NCBI RefSeq assembly: GCF_002087085.1 | Contig: NZ_MWQY01000004.1 | Coordinates: 62,001-126,000 of the forward strand | Direction of reading: 5' to 3' | Length of the DNA stretch: 64,000 nucleotides | Part shown: in pieces, positions 56,370 through 64,000 of the stretch | Numbering within the stretch: position 1 is the first letter of the stretch | Layout: every line of letters begins with the position of its first letter | Position numbers and translations under genes: made by a program | The notes under the pieces: model-generated | Seen by the model: the letters and a program-made list of their open reading frames with translations, nothing else | Databases searched by the model: none | Told to the model about the DNA's origin: nothing

Positions 56370-57135
56370 ACTATTTTTACTCCTTCGCAGACCGTCTGTA
56401 CTGATCCTGCTTATCCTGACGGCAATGCCGGGTATTTCCGAGCACATCCCGTCAGCCCGCACCGGAGAGTTCGATTATCAGTTCAGAATCAACCTGGCCA
56501 AGGATTATGGTTCCCTGGAACCTGTTGCCGAAGTCAGCGGACGTATCGAGGAGGGGGAATTCCGGTACCGCGCCCTTCTGGCAGGGGCTTACTATCGGTT
56601 TCACAAAAACCTTAAAGCAGGCGGCTTCTACACCCTGCTGGCCGGAGCCCGGCACGATGACGACTGGGTCGGCGACCCATCCCGCTGGTGGTGGGAAAAA
56701 ACAACTGACCGGCCGGAGCAGCTGCTTAGCCTGGATGTCAGTCCCCGCTTTCTCCTGGCCTCACTGCCCGGGGAAAACTGGGTCTTTATGCTGAAGAACA
56801 GGTACATATTCAATACCTATAACGGTCACCAGACCCTGATGGTCCGTCCCGGACTGACCTATGTACACATACAGGACCGGGAACCGGTCTTCAATATCGG
56901 CTTCCACTACGGGGTATACCTGCCCCTGAACTTCTCGGAAGTGCTGATCTATGAACACGATCCCTATGTCAATCTGATCTACCATGTGAACCGCAGGGTG
57001 AAACTGGAACTTTTCGGGGCATGGCGCTTTCGCACCTGGAGCACCTCGGAGGATGTTTCCGATGCGGGAGAGTCGGGGTATCGGGTTCAGGACCGGGTCT
57101 TTGTTCTGGGAACCGGGCTTATTGTACGCCTCTGA
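56362..57135 (+). CDS. Predicted outer-membrane beta-barrel protein
   Basis: Signal-like N-terminus, aromatic-rich alternating strands; overlaps the FecR-like gene. Confidence 0.6.
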   Translation: MTELFLLLRRPSVLILLILTAMPGISEHIPSARTGEFDYQFRINLAKDYGSLEPVAEVSGRIEEGEFRYRALLAGAYYRFHKNLKAGGFYTLLAGARHDDDWVGDPSRWWWEKTTDRPEQLLSLDVSPRFLLASLPGENWVFMLKNRYIFNTYNGHQTLMVRPGLTYVHIQDREPVFNIGFHYGVYLPLNFSEVLIYEHDPYVNLIYHVNRRVKLELFGAWRFRTWSTSEDVSDAGESGYRVQDRVFVLGTGLIVRL

Positions 57136-57140
57136 AGCAG

Positions 57141-58343
57141 CTATAACTCAAGATCCCCGTCATGCTCCTCATGCCAGGGCAGTCCGTCGGATGCAAGCTG
57201 CTCAAGGAAGGGATCGGGATCAAACTCCTCAACGTTGTACACGCCGGGGCCCTTCCATTTTCCCTGGATGAACATCAGAGCCCCCACCACTGCCGGGACG
57301 CCGGTGGTATAGCTGACCCCCTGGGCGCCGGTCTCCTTATAGGCGTCTTCGTGGCTGCAGTTGTTCCAGATGTAGTAGCCGCGCTCCTTACCCCCTGCAA
57401 GGCCGCGGATACGGCAGCCGATGGAGGTTTCCCCGGTGTAGTTTTCTCCCAGTTCTCCGGGATCGGGAAGAACGGCCTTCAGGAACTGGATCGGCACAAT
57501 CTCTATGCCTTTGTAGATGATCGGATCGATCCTGGCCATCCCGATATTCTGAATCACCCGCAGGTGAGTCAGGTACTCCTGGCCGAAGGTCATCCAGAAG
57601 CGGGCCCGCTTCAGGCTGGGAAAGTTTTTTACCAGGGACTCCAGCTCCTCGTGGTAGATAAGGTAGGACTCTTTGGGGCCGATATTCGGATAGGTGACGG
57701 GCTGATGGATCTCGTGGGGTTCCGTGTAGACCCACTTTCCGTTTTCCCAGTATTTTCCTTTCTGGGTAACCTCGCGAATGTTGATTTCCGGATTGAAATT
57801 GGTTGCGAAAGCCTTTCCGTGGTCCCCGGCGTTACAGTCGATGATATCCAGGTAGTTGATCTCGTCAAAATAGTGTTTTGCAGCGTAGGCGGTAAAGACC
57901 CCGGTTACCCCCGGATCAAAACCGCAGCCCAGGATCGCCGTAAGTCCGGCGTCCTCGAACTTCTTTTTATAGGCCCACTGCCATTTGTATTCGAATTTTG
58001 CTTCATCCCTGGGTTCATAGTTGGCGGTATCCAGGTAATTTACCCCGGCGGCAAGGCAGGCATCCATAATGCACAGATCCTGATAGGGCAGAGCCACATT
58101 GATAACGATGTCGGGGGAAAAGTCCTTGAGGAGCGCCGTCAACGCGGGAACGTCCTCGGCGTCAACACCCGCCGTAGCAATGCGCACCCCGGTTTTCTCC
58201 TCCACCGCAGCGGCTATCGCATCGCACCTTTCTTTAGTGCGGCTTGCAAGGAGTATTTCAGTGAAATTCCCGCTGTGCCGGGCAGCTTTATGGGCAACAA
58301 CGGTTCCCACACCGCCGGCCCCGATAATCATCAGTCGTGCCAT
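57141..58343 (-). CDS. Carboxy(nor)spermidine dehydrogenase (saccharopine dehydrogenase family)
   Basis: IIGAGGVG, NVALPYQD, YLDTANYE, GFDPG, ATNFNPEINIRE, HEELESL, SYTTGVP. Confidence 0.9.
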   Translation of the reverse strand: MARLMIIGAGGVGTVVAHKAARHSGNFTEILLASRTKERCDAIAAAVEEKTGVRIATAGVDAEDVPALTALLKDFSPDIVINVALPYQDLCIMDACLAAGVNYLDTANYEPRDEAKFEYKWQWAYKKKFEDAGLTAILGCGFDPGVTGVFTAYAAKHYFDEINYLDIIDCNAGDHGKAFATNFNPEINIREVTQKGKYWENGKWVYTEPHEIHQPVTYPNIGPKESYLIYHEELESLVKNFPSLKRARFWMTFGQEYLTHLRVIQNIGMARIDPIIYKGIEIVPIQFLKAVLPDPGELGENYTGETSIGCRIRGLAGGKERGYYIWNNCSHEDAYKETGAQGVSYTTGVPAVVGALMFIQGKWKGPGVYNVEEFDPDPFLEQLASDGLPWHEEHDGDLEL

Positions 58344-58400
58344 TTTCGCCTCCTGCAAAAAGGTGGATATCTATTTTCTACACCGCAAAGAAGGGTACTG

Positions 58401-59540
58401 TCAAAGGGAGGGGCGGGAAGAATCGACGAAGAGGATATGGAACTCTGTTCCGTCCTGTTCAGTGCTGGTAAACCCGACGGAGGCCTTTAAATACCCCTCA
58501 CCCAGTAGTTTCATGCTGTAGGTCCCGAGGCCCCGGTTCTCCCCCTTGGTGGAGAAGGAGCGGGTGAAAACTCTGAGCCGGGCTTCCTCATCCATGACTC
58601 CGGGATTCCAGACACTGAAAACTTTTCCCCCGGAGCGGGTACCGCAGAAAAGAGTAACCGTATCTCCCGATTCGGAGGCTTCAAGGGCGTTCTTCAGCAT
58701 GTTGCCCACCACCCGCCTCAGGAGTCCGGCGTCGGTAATCAGGGAGAATACCTCTGCAAAGGGTCGGATCTCAATGGAAACACCCCGCTTTTCAGCGAAA
58801 CCGCTGAACTGGTCAGCCAGGACTTTCAGCAGCTCCAGGGAGTGGACAAAATCCTTCCGCACCTGGAGGGTACCGTTTTCCGCCCCGCTGAGGGTCTTCT
58901 GGTCCTCGATTTCGCCGGTGAGACTGCTGCTGATCTCAAGAAGTTTCGTAACATCCGCCCGCACACCCGGCGGCAGATCCTTGCGGGCCAGCAGTTCAAG
59001 GTGCATCCGCAAACCCGTGGCGGTATTGAGCACATCATGAAAAAAGAGGCGCTCCATTACCATGCGGCGCTTTTCATCGCTCCTGTCCTCGAGAAACAGC
59101 AGAATGTACGGTTCATTCTCCCAGGAGATCGGGACCGCAGTTACCTGGTACTCAATCCCCTCCTCGGATACGGCGCCGCTCCGCCGCAGCAGACAGCGGC
59201 GCTTGACGGAGATACCCTCTTCCTGGGCTTCCAAAACGGCCAGAGCCAGCCCGCAGAAGCGGCAGGCTTGGGAGGTGCCGCAGCCCCCGGGGCAGCTTTT
59301 GGCGTGAACGCAGCCCAGGGCCTCTCCGGGACGCAGGCCGAGACCTTCCAGCAGATCCTCATGAAACCGGCCGGCATCCTCAGGATAGCTTTCCACGATC
59401 TGCCGCTGCCGGTTCAGTACAAAAAGGAGGAAATCGATGCGGGTAAAAAGCGCATCGAAGGGGAAGCCCTCTTTCAGTTTTACCCGCTGTTTCTCGATCT
59501 GAGCACGATCAAGGCGTTCCGGAAGGGCCGTACTACTCAT
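58401..59540 (-). CDS. Sensor histidine kinase with a Cys-rich PAS-like domain
   Basis: GEALGCVHA..GCGTSQACRFC; FFHDVLN; NMLKNALEA; STKGENRGLG. Confidence 0.88.
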   Translation of the reverse strand: MSSTALPERLDRAQIEKQRVKLKEGFPFDALFTRIDFLLFVLNRQRQIVESYPEDAGRFHEDLLEGLGLRPGEALGCVHAKSCPGGCGTSQACRFCGLALAVLEAQEEGISVKRRCLLRRSGAVSEEGIEYQVTAVPISWENEPYILLFLEDRSDEKRRMVMERLFFHDVLNTATGLRMHLELLARKDLPPGVRADVTKLLEISSSLTGEIEDQKTLSGAENGTLQVRKDFVHSLELLKVLADQFSGFAEKRGVSIEIRPFAEVFSLITDAGLLRRVVGNMLKNALEASESGDTVTLFCGTRSGGKVFSVWNPGVMDEEARLRVFTRSFSTKGENRGLGTYSMKLLGEGYLKASVGFTSTEQDGTEFHILFVDSSRPSL

Positions 59541-59550
59541 GCGGCACCCT

Positions 59551-60744
59551 TCAGCCTCCGATCAGGGAGGTCAGATAGGGAATTCCGATAAAGGTGCCGA
59601 CGGCGCTCCCCACGGAGGAGAGAAAAAAGACCAGCAGCGCATGGGTAAAGCGGTTGCGGTAAAATCCGCGGATACTCAGAATATCGTCATGGAGGGTCTC
59701 AAAGTCCTTTACCCGGGGCTTTCTCAGGACCCCTTCGATAAGCCCGGCGACGATACCCACCCCGATGGTCGGATTCAGCGAGGTAATCGGCGCCGCCACA
59801 AAGGACAAAATAATCGTCAGGGGATGGGCCAGGGCAATAATCGCTCCCAGGGCCGAGAGGGTTCCGTTGACCAGCACCCACATCCAGAGCATGGAGAGGG
59901 CGTTCTGCCAGCCGGAACTGACAAAACCGAGGCCTACAATTACAAGGATTACCGCCGGTACAAGCCAGGGCAGCACCCGGGAGATTCTTCCCCGGGGGGG
60001 AACACTGCTGATATCGGATAAATCAGTATTCCCGTTCTCCTCGTCAAGTTCGTGGAGGATCCTGATAATACCGGGACCGTGCCCGGCTCCGATTACCGCT
60101 ACGTTGCGTTCTCCAGGGGCCTGGAAGATCTTTGTTGCCAGAAAACGATCCCGCTCATCAATCAGCACCTCCTTTACGGACGGCAGATAACCGGCAAGCT
60201 CCTGCATCATGTCTTCCAGAGCGCTCTTCTCCTTGAGGCGTTCTATCTCCTCTTCCGAGAGCTTCTCGTTGGTAAACGCGGAACTCAGGAGGGCCGCAAC
60301 GAGCTTGTTCTTGCCCCAGAATCCGGATTTGGCCCAGGCCCGTCGCAGGGTGGTCTGGATCTCCCGGTCGGCAAAGGAAAAGGAGATATCCTCCTCTTCG
60401 CAAACAGAGACCGCCCGTTTCATCTCCTCCCCCGGGGCAATACCCAGGTCCATTCCCATGCGTCGCTGAAAGGAGGTAAGCACCAGGTTGACCAGAAGCA
60501 GAAAGGCCTTTCCCTGCTTCATGACCTGGCCGATATTCATGCTTTCCCAGCTCTGCTTCTTTTTCATGGCCGCGAATCGGCCTTCGTCAATCTCAATACA
60601 GACATGATCGGGCTTCTCTTCCCGGATTACCCGTTCCACCTCGTCGGCACTCTCTGAGGAGACATGGGCGGTTCCGATCAGAACGACTTCCTTGTTCCGC
60701 AGCTTTATTCTGGTCACCGTATCGCTTACATGGATATCCTTCAC
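59551..60744 (-). CDS. TraB/GumN family protein
   Basis: GTAHVS, EID..R, PGEEM, ADREI, ERD, VIGAGH, C-terminal TMs. Confidence 0.9.
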   Translation of the reverse strand: MKDIHVSDTVTRIKLRNKEVVLIGTAHVSSESADEVERVIREEKPDHVCIEIDEGRFAAMKKKQSWESMNIGQVMKQGKAFLLLVNLVLTSFQRRMGMDLGIAPGEEMKRAVSVCEEEDISFSFADREIQTTLRRAWAKSGFWGKNKLVAALLSSAFTNEKLSEEEIERLKEKSALEDMMQELAGYLPSVKEVLIDERDRFLATKIFQAPGERNVAVIGAGHGPGIIRILHELDEENGNTDLSDISSVPPRGRISRVLPWLVPAVILVIVGLGFVSSGWQNALSMLWMWVLVNGTLSALGAIIALAHPLTIILSFVAAPITSLNPTIGVGIVAGLIEGVLRKPRVKDFETLHDDILSIRGFYRNRFTHALLVFFLSSVGSAVGTFIGIPYLTSLIGG

Positions 60745-62147
60745 TCAATAACTCCCCGGCGCTTCAGGAACTCCCTGGCAAGCCGTGTCTCCCGGAGGGA
60801 GAGAATATTCGCGTCCGCCGTCTCCATTAAAAGGGTCTCCCCCAGGGCGGACATATCATGGGTGATGTAGAACATCCCCAGATAAAAAAACATCTGACTT
60901 TTCAGAAGAGGCTGCTTCTCCTCTTTCAGCTTCCTCAGGGCCGTTCCCTCGTAGCCGGGTTCCACAAAAGTCCTGGCAACATGATAGGCCCCGGAATCCC
61001 GCGGAAAGGTATTCACGATACCCCGGAAATACTCTGTTCCCTTCTCGGCATCCCCTTCCACAAAATAGAGAGCCCCGACCATCAGCTTGAATCCGGGGTT
61101 CTCCTGATCCTGTTCACTGCTCATGCGATAAAGACGGCGGGCCTCCGGGTAGCGCTCTGCCAGCACATAGAGCATACCGAGATCCGGATATACCGGATAG
61201 TAGTCCGGCCGCCTGGAAATAACAAACTCAAGATCCTTCAGGGCCTCAGCGTAGCGCCCCAGATCTATCAGGATGCCTCCCCGATAGACGTAGGCGTAAA
61301 AAAGCTCAGGGTTGATCTCAACGGCACGGTCGAAATCCTCCAGGGCCAGGGACGGTTTTGCAAGATCGATGAGCCGCACCTTGCCCCGGTCAATATAGTG
61401 CCAGTAGTGGTCCGGGAGCGCCTCTATGGCCCTGGTCAGATCCTCTTCCGCGCCTTTGGGGTTTCCGAGCCTGAGTTTGCTGCGGGCACGGTCGGCATAG
61501 ACGAAGGAGTAATCCGGGTCGATTCTGGCGGCCTCATTGAACTGCTCGACTGATTCCTGATAGTCCTCGGTCCTTCTGAGGGCATTCGCGTAACCCAGGC
61601 GGGCAACAAAGCTGTCGGGATCCGATTCCAGGCTGCGCCGGAAGGATTCCTTCGCTTTGCGGTATTCCCTGCGTTCCAGGTAGAGTTCGCCCAGGGAGGC
61701 GTTCGCCCGGGGCTCTCCCGCATCTATACTCAGGATCTCCTCCAGCGTTGATTCCCTGTCCTTGTTTTCTCCCCGGGCACCCTGCACAAGGGAAAGGTTG
61801 TAGAGGGCATTTATATTCTCCGGGTTCTCCTTAAGGACCGCTTCAAGCTCCGACTCCGCTTCGTCGAACTGTCCCACCGCCAAAAGCAGCGAAGAGTAGA
61901 GAACCCGGGTTTCCGGGTCCTCCGGAGCCTCCCGCTTCGCCCGTTCGAAGGCGGAGATCGCCGCTGAGGGATCTCCGGTGGCGGCGTAGTAGCTGACGCC
62001 CCGGTAGGTCTCTTCCTCCAGGCTGGTTTCCGGTATCGCTTCGGGTTCAGGTTCTACAGTTTTTGGCGCCGTGGCACAACCGAAGAAAATATAGGCAGCC
62101 AGGAGAGAAACAAGAAGCGGGGAGAATATGCGGTGCGTAGCTGACAT
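60741..62147 (-). CDS. Tetratricopeptide-repeat lipoprotein
   Basis: Lipobox FFGC and multiple TPR repeats; start 62147 or 62156. Confidence 0.85.
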   Translation of the reverse strand: MSATHRIFSPLLVSLLAAYIFFGCATAPKTVEPEPEAIPETSLEEETYRGVSYYAATGDPSAAISAFERAKREAPEDPETRVLYSSLLLAVGQFDEAESELEAVLKENPENINALYNLSLVQGARGENKDRESTLEEILSIDAGEPRANASLGELYLERREYRKAKESFRRSLESDPDSFVARLGYANALRRTEDYQESVEQFNEAARIDPDYSFVYADRARSKLRLGNPKGAEEDLTRAIEALPDHYWHYIDRGKVRLIDLAKPSLALEDFDRAVEINPELFYAYVYRGGILIDLGRYAEALKDLEFVISRRPDYYPVYPDLGMLYVLAERYPEARRLYRMSSEQDQENPGFKLMVGALYFVEGDAEKGTEYFRGIVNTFPRDSGAYHVARTFVEPGYEGTALRKLKEEKQPLLKSQMFFYLGMFYITHDMSALGETLLMETADANILSLRETRLAREFLKRRGVIE

Positions 62148-62237
62148 GAAACTCAACCTCTACGTATAGGAAAATCTCCCGGAAACTCTACACGAAAGAG
62201 AGGCCCTCCGCAAGAAGATGAAAACCGGCACTTTTTA

Positions 62238-62289
62238 TATCGCGCACGATAAAATCGCACTTGATTCTTATTTGTAATGCAGGTATATT
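62238..62289 (+). promoter_or_regulatory. gpx promoter with putative OhrR box
   Basis: TATCGCGCACGATA-AAATCGCAC imperfect inverted repeats; TTGATT-N17-TATATT. Confidence 0.55.
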
Positions 62290-62295
62290 ACTCCC

Positions 62296-62784
62296 ATGAA
62301 ATCACCATTTTACAGTTTTCAGGCAGAAAGCCTGCAGGGTAAACCGGTATCCTTCGATGAATACGAAGGCAGGGTTGTGCTGGTCGTCAATACCGCAAGC
62401 AAATGCGGTTTAACCCCTCAATATGAAGGTCTCGAAACACTCTATAAAAAGTATCGGGATCGGGGACTCGTAATACTTGGATTTCCCTGCAATCAGTTCG
62501 GCAATCAGGAACCGGGAAACGAGAACTCGATACAAGAAGGATGTCTGATCAATTACGGAGTCAGCTTTCCCGTATTCAGAAAAATCGACGTAAACGGAAA
62601 TGACGCTCATCCGCTTTTCGCCTACCTGACTAAATCCCTTCCGGGAATATTCGGAGGAAAAATCAAGTGGAACTTTACCAAGTTCCTGCTGGATCGAAGG
62701 GGTAATCCCGTAAAAAGGTATGCCCCGTCGACAAAACCGGAAAAACTGGAACCTGCAATCAGGATGTTGCTGGATAAGAGCTGA
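62296..62784 (+). CDS. Glutathione peroxidase family (Cys-type, probably thioredoxin-dependent)
   Basis: VNTASKCG, GFPCNQF, WNFTKFL; extra Cys in EGCLINY. Confidence 0.93.
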   Translation: MKSPFYSFQAESLQGKPVSFDEYEGRVVLVVNTASKCGLTPQYEGLETLYKKYRDRGLVILGFPCNQFGNQEPGNENSIQEGCLINYGVSFPVFRKIDVNGNDAHPLFAYLTKSLPGIFGGKIKWNFTKFLLDRRGNPVKRYAPSTKPEKLEPAIRMLLDKS

Positions 62785-62802
62785 AGAGGCTATACTTGCT
62801 GT

Positions 62803-63240
62803 ATGGCTGATTCTGATGATGTACTGAAACTGGAAAACCAGCTCTGTTTTCCCTTTTACGCGGTCTCCCGGCTCATTACCCGTCATTATCAGCCCCTGCT
62901 GGAAAAACTGAACCTGACCTACCCGCAGTACCTGGTTCTTCTGGTACTGTGGGAGCGTCAGTCCTCCAGCGTTACGGAGCTGAGCCGGATTCTTCTGCTC
63001 AACTCAAACACCCTGACCCCCCTGCTCAAACGCCTGGCAGCGCAGGGTTATATCGAGCGCACCCGCAGCGACGAAGATGAACGGAGGGTAATGATCAGTC
63101 TTACAGAAAGGGGCTGGAATCTGCGCAAAGAAGCCCTCGGCATTCCAGAAAAGCTGGTCGCCTCCCTGGAGTATTCAGAGGAAGATCTCATTGCATTGAA
63201 AAAACTGATCGATCCTTTCCTGGAAGCTTTGAAAAAATAG
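62803..63240 (+). CDS. ohrR: OhrR-type MarR regulator (1-Cys)
   Basis: LENQLCFPFY, LTYPQYLVL, TLTPLLKRL, DERR. Confidence 0.85.
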   Translation: MADSDDVLKLENQLCFPFYAVSRLITRHYQPLLEKLNLTYPQYLVLLVLWERQSSSVTELSRILLLNSNTLTPLLKRLAAQGYIERTRSDEDERRVMISLTERGWNLRKEALGIPEKLVASLEYSEEDLIALKKLIDPFLEALKK

Positions 63241-63259
63241 AGGGCATCCCTGCAGTTTT

Positions 63260-63628
63260 TTACTCTCGCAGATTTGTTCTCTGATGAAAGATTACCTTCC
63301 ATTCCCCGTTCGTCGACTTCCAGATTGAGCTGCAGTTCGCCTTTGTTCTGCTGTTGTTCTTCGTTTTCACAGCTTCGTACAGCAAAAGGGCCGTATCCTC
63401 GGACAGCATGATCATTTCAGACGCTGTATCCGAGATGTAAAAGACACCGTCAAGTTTTTCCAGCCCGGCCTTGCTTGAATAGGCCTTTCGGCCATGTTCA
63501 TCGATTTCGATACAATTTTCTTCGACAATCCGGTTGATCTGCTCCCTGTCGTTCCGAATACCCTTATTCAATAACAGTTCTTCCCGCGCAATGAGTTCCT
63601 TTTTGCTTATCCCATTAGTATCCGTCAT
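63260..63628 (-). CDS. DUF4440/NTF2-like small protein
   Basis: EELLL...EID..G, SSIW..GEWKVIFHQ. Confidence 0.75.
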   Translation of the reverse strand: MTDTNGISKKELIAREELLLNKGIRNDREQINRIVEENCIEIDEHGRKAYSSKAGLEKLDGVFYISDTASEMIMLSEDTALLLYEAVKTKNNSRTKANCSSIWKSTNGEWKVIFHQRTNLRE

Positions 63629-63651
63629 ATAACATGCTCCCGAGGCCCTGA

Positions 63652-63744
63652 ATGTTTCTCCATGATATCAGATTCCCGATATCTTTTCTAATACCCTTCT
63701 GCGAGGAGATCCTGAAGTCTGCCAGGGAATATGGACGTCAATGA
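63652..63744 (+). pseudogene. Remnant of a type II antitoxin gene (C-terminal fragment)
   Basis: 30-codon ORF ending EEILKSAREYGRQ*, ATGA-overlapped with the PIN gene; no DNA-binding N-terminus. Confidence 0.4.
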
Positions 63745-64000
63745 TCGTCGTCGATACCAATGTAATCGCCTGGATGTTTCTCTTATCCCCATACAGAAAA
63801 GCTGCTGAAGAGCTGTACTGCAACGATTCTGACCGGGCGGCTCCCCGGCTCCGGCGCAGTGAGTTTCAGAACGTTCTGACTCATTATGTGCACAAACAGC
63901 TTCTCAGTACGGATGATACTGTCGGTATCTTTACTGCTGCATCGGATGTAACGAAGGGAAGGGGGTTCGGCCTATGTCTGCGAATTTGTGGATACAGCCC
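63741..64000 (+). pseudogene. vapC: VapC-like PIN-domain toxin, degenerate/frameshifted; runs off the window edge
   Basis: MIVVDTNVIAW..AAPRLRRSEFQNVL; the downstream SAYVCEFV motif lies in the +1 frame from 63967. Confidence 0.7.

Noticed and set aside
59551..60744. TraB-named protein as evidence of conjugation
   Set aside because: The TraB/GumN family is a widespread chromosomal family; no transfer genes nearby
62296..62784. Selenocysteine in the glutathione peroxidase
   Set aside because: The active-site codon is TGC (Cys), not TGA
1..64000. tRNA/rRNA genes, IS elements, prophage, CRISPR-Cas or restriction systems
   Set aside because: No supporting motifs seen by eye; small RNAs could have been missed without covariance searches

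Overview
64-kb bacterial chromosomal window with GC-rich coding regions. It is probably from a free-living anaerobic spirochaete; this is inferred from the FAGG/FSSG-type signal peptides, the OMP type and the gene content. About 55 genes are present. I saw no rRNA, tRNA, CRISPR array or IS element. In order, the window contains: a glycyl-radical enzyme and its activase under a double LacI-type operator; an RlmL-like methylase; pbpC with an alpha-2-macroglobulin lacking the thioester residues; a ROK regulator, SOD, a diguanylate cyclase and a PAS kinase; a ubiD-ubiA-ubiX + ABC importer operon; a trimeric [FeFe]-hydrogenase whose HydB is fused to a GltD-like NADPH module; MATE/MarR; an ECF sigma module; lplA; a heterodimeric ABC exporter; rex-serA; a cyclophilin-FKBP fusion; radA with an apparent CTG start; a GH1 glucosidase; split carboxy(nor)spermidine genes; gpx-ohrR; and a decayed vapBC. 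The most striking item is a two-gene unit at 19.3-21.9 kb. It encodes a lipoprotein papain-family (C1) protease whose catalytic motifs are circularly permuted (Asn motif first, then Cys, then His at the very C-terminus), overlapped by a secreted cystatin-like (QVVSG) inhibitor. All calls come from reading motifs by eye; no database searches were run.
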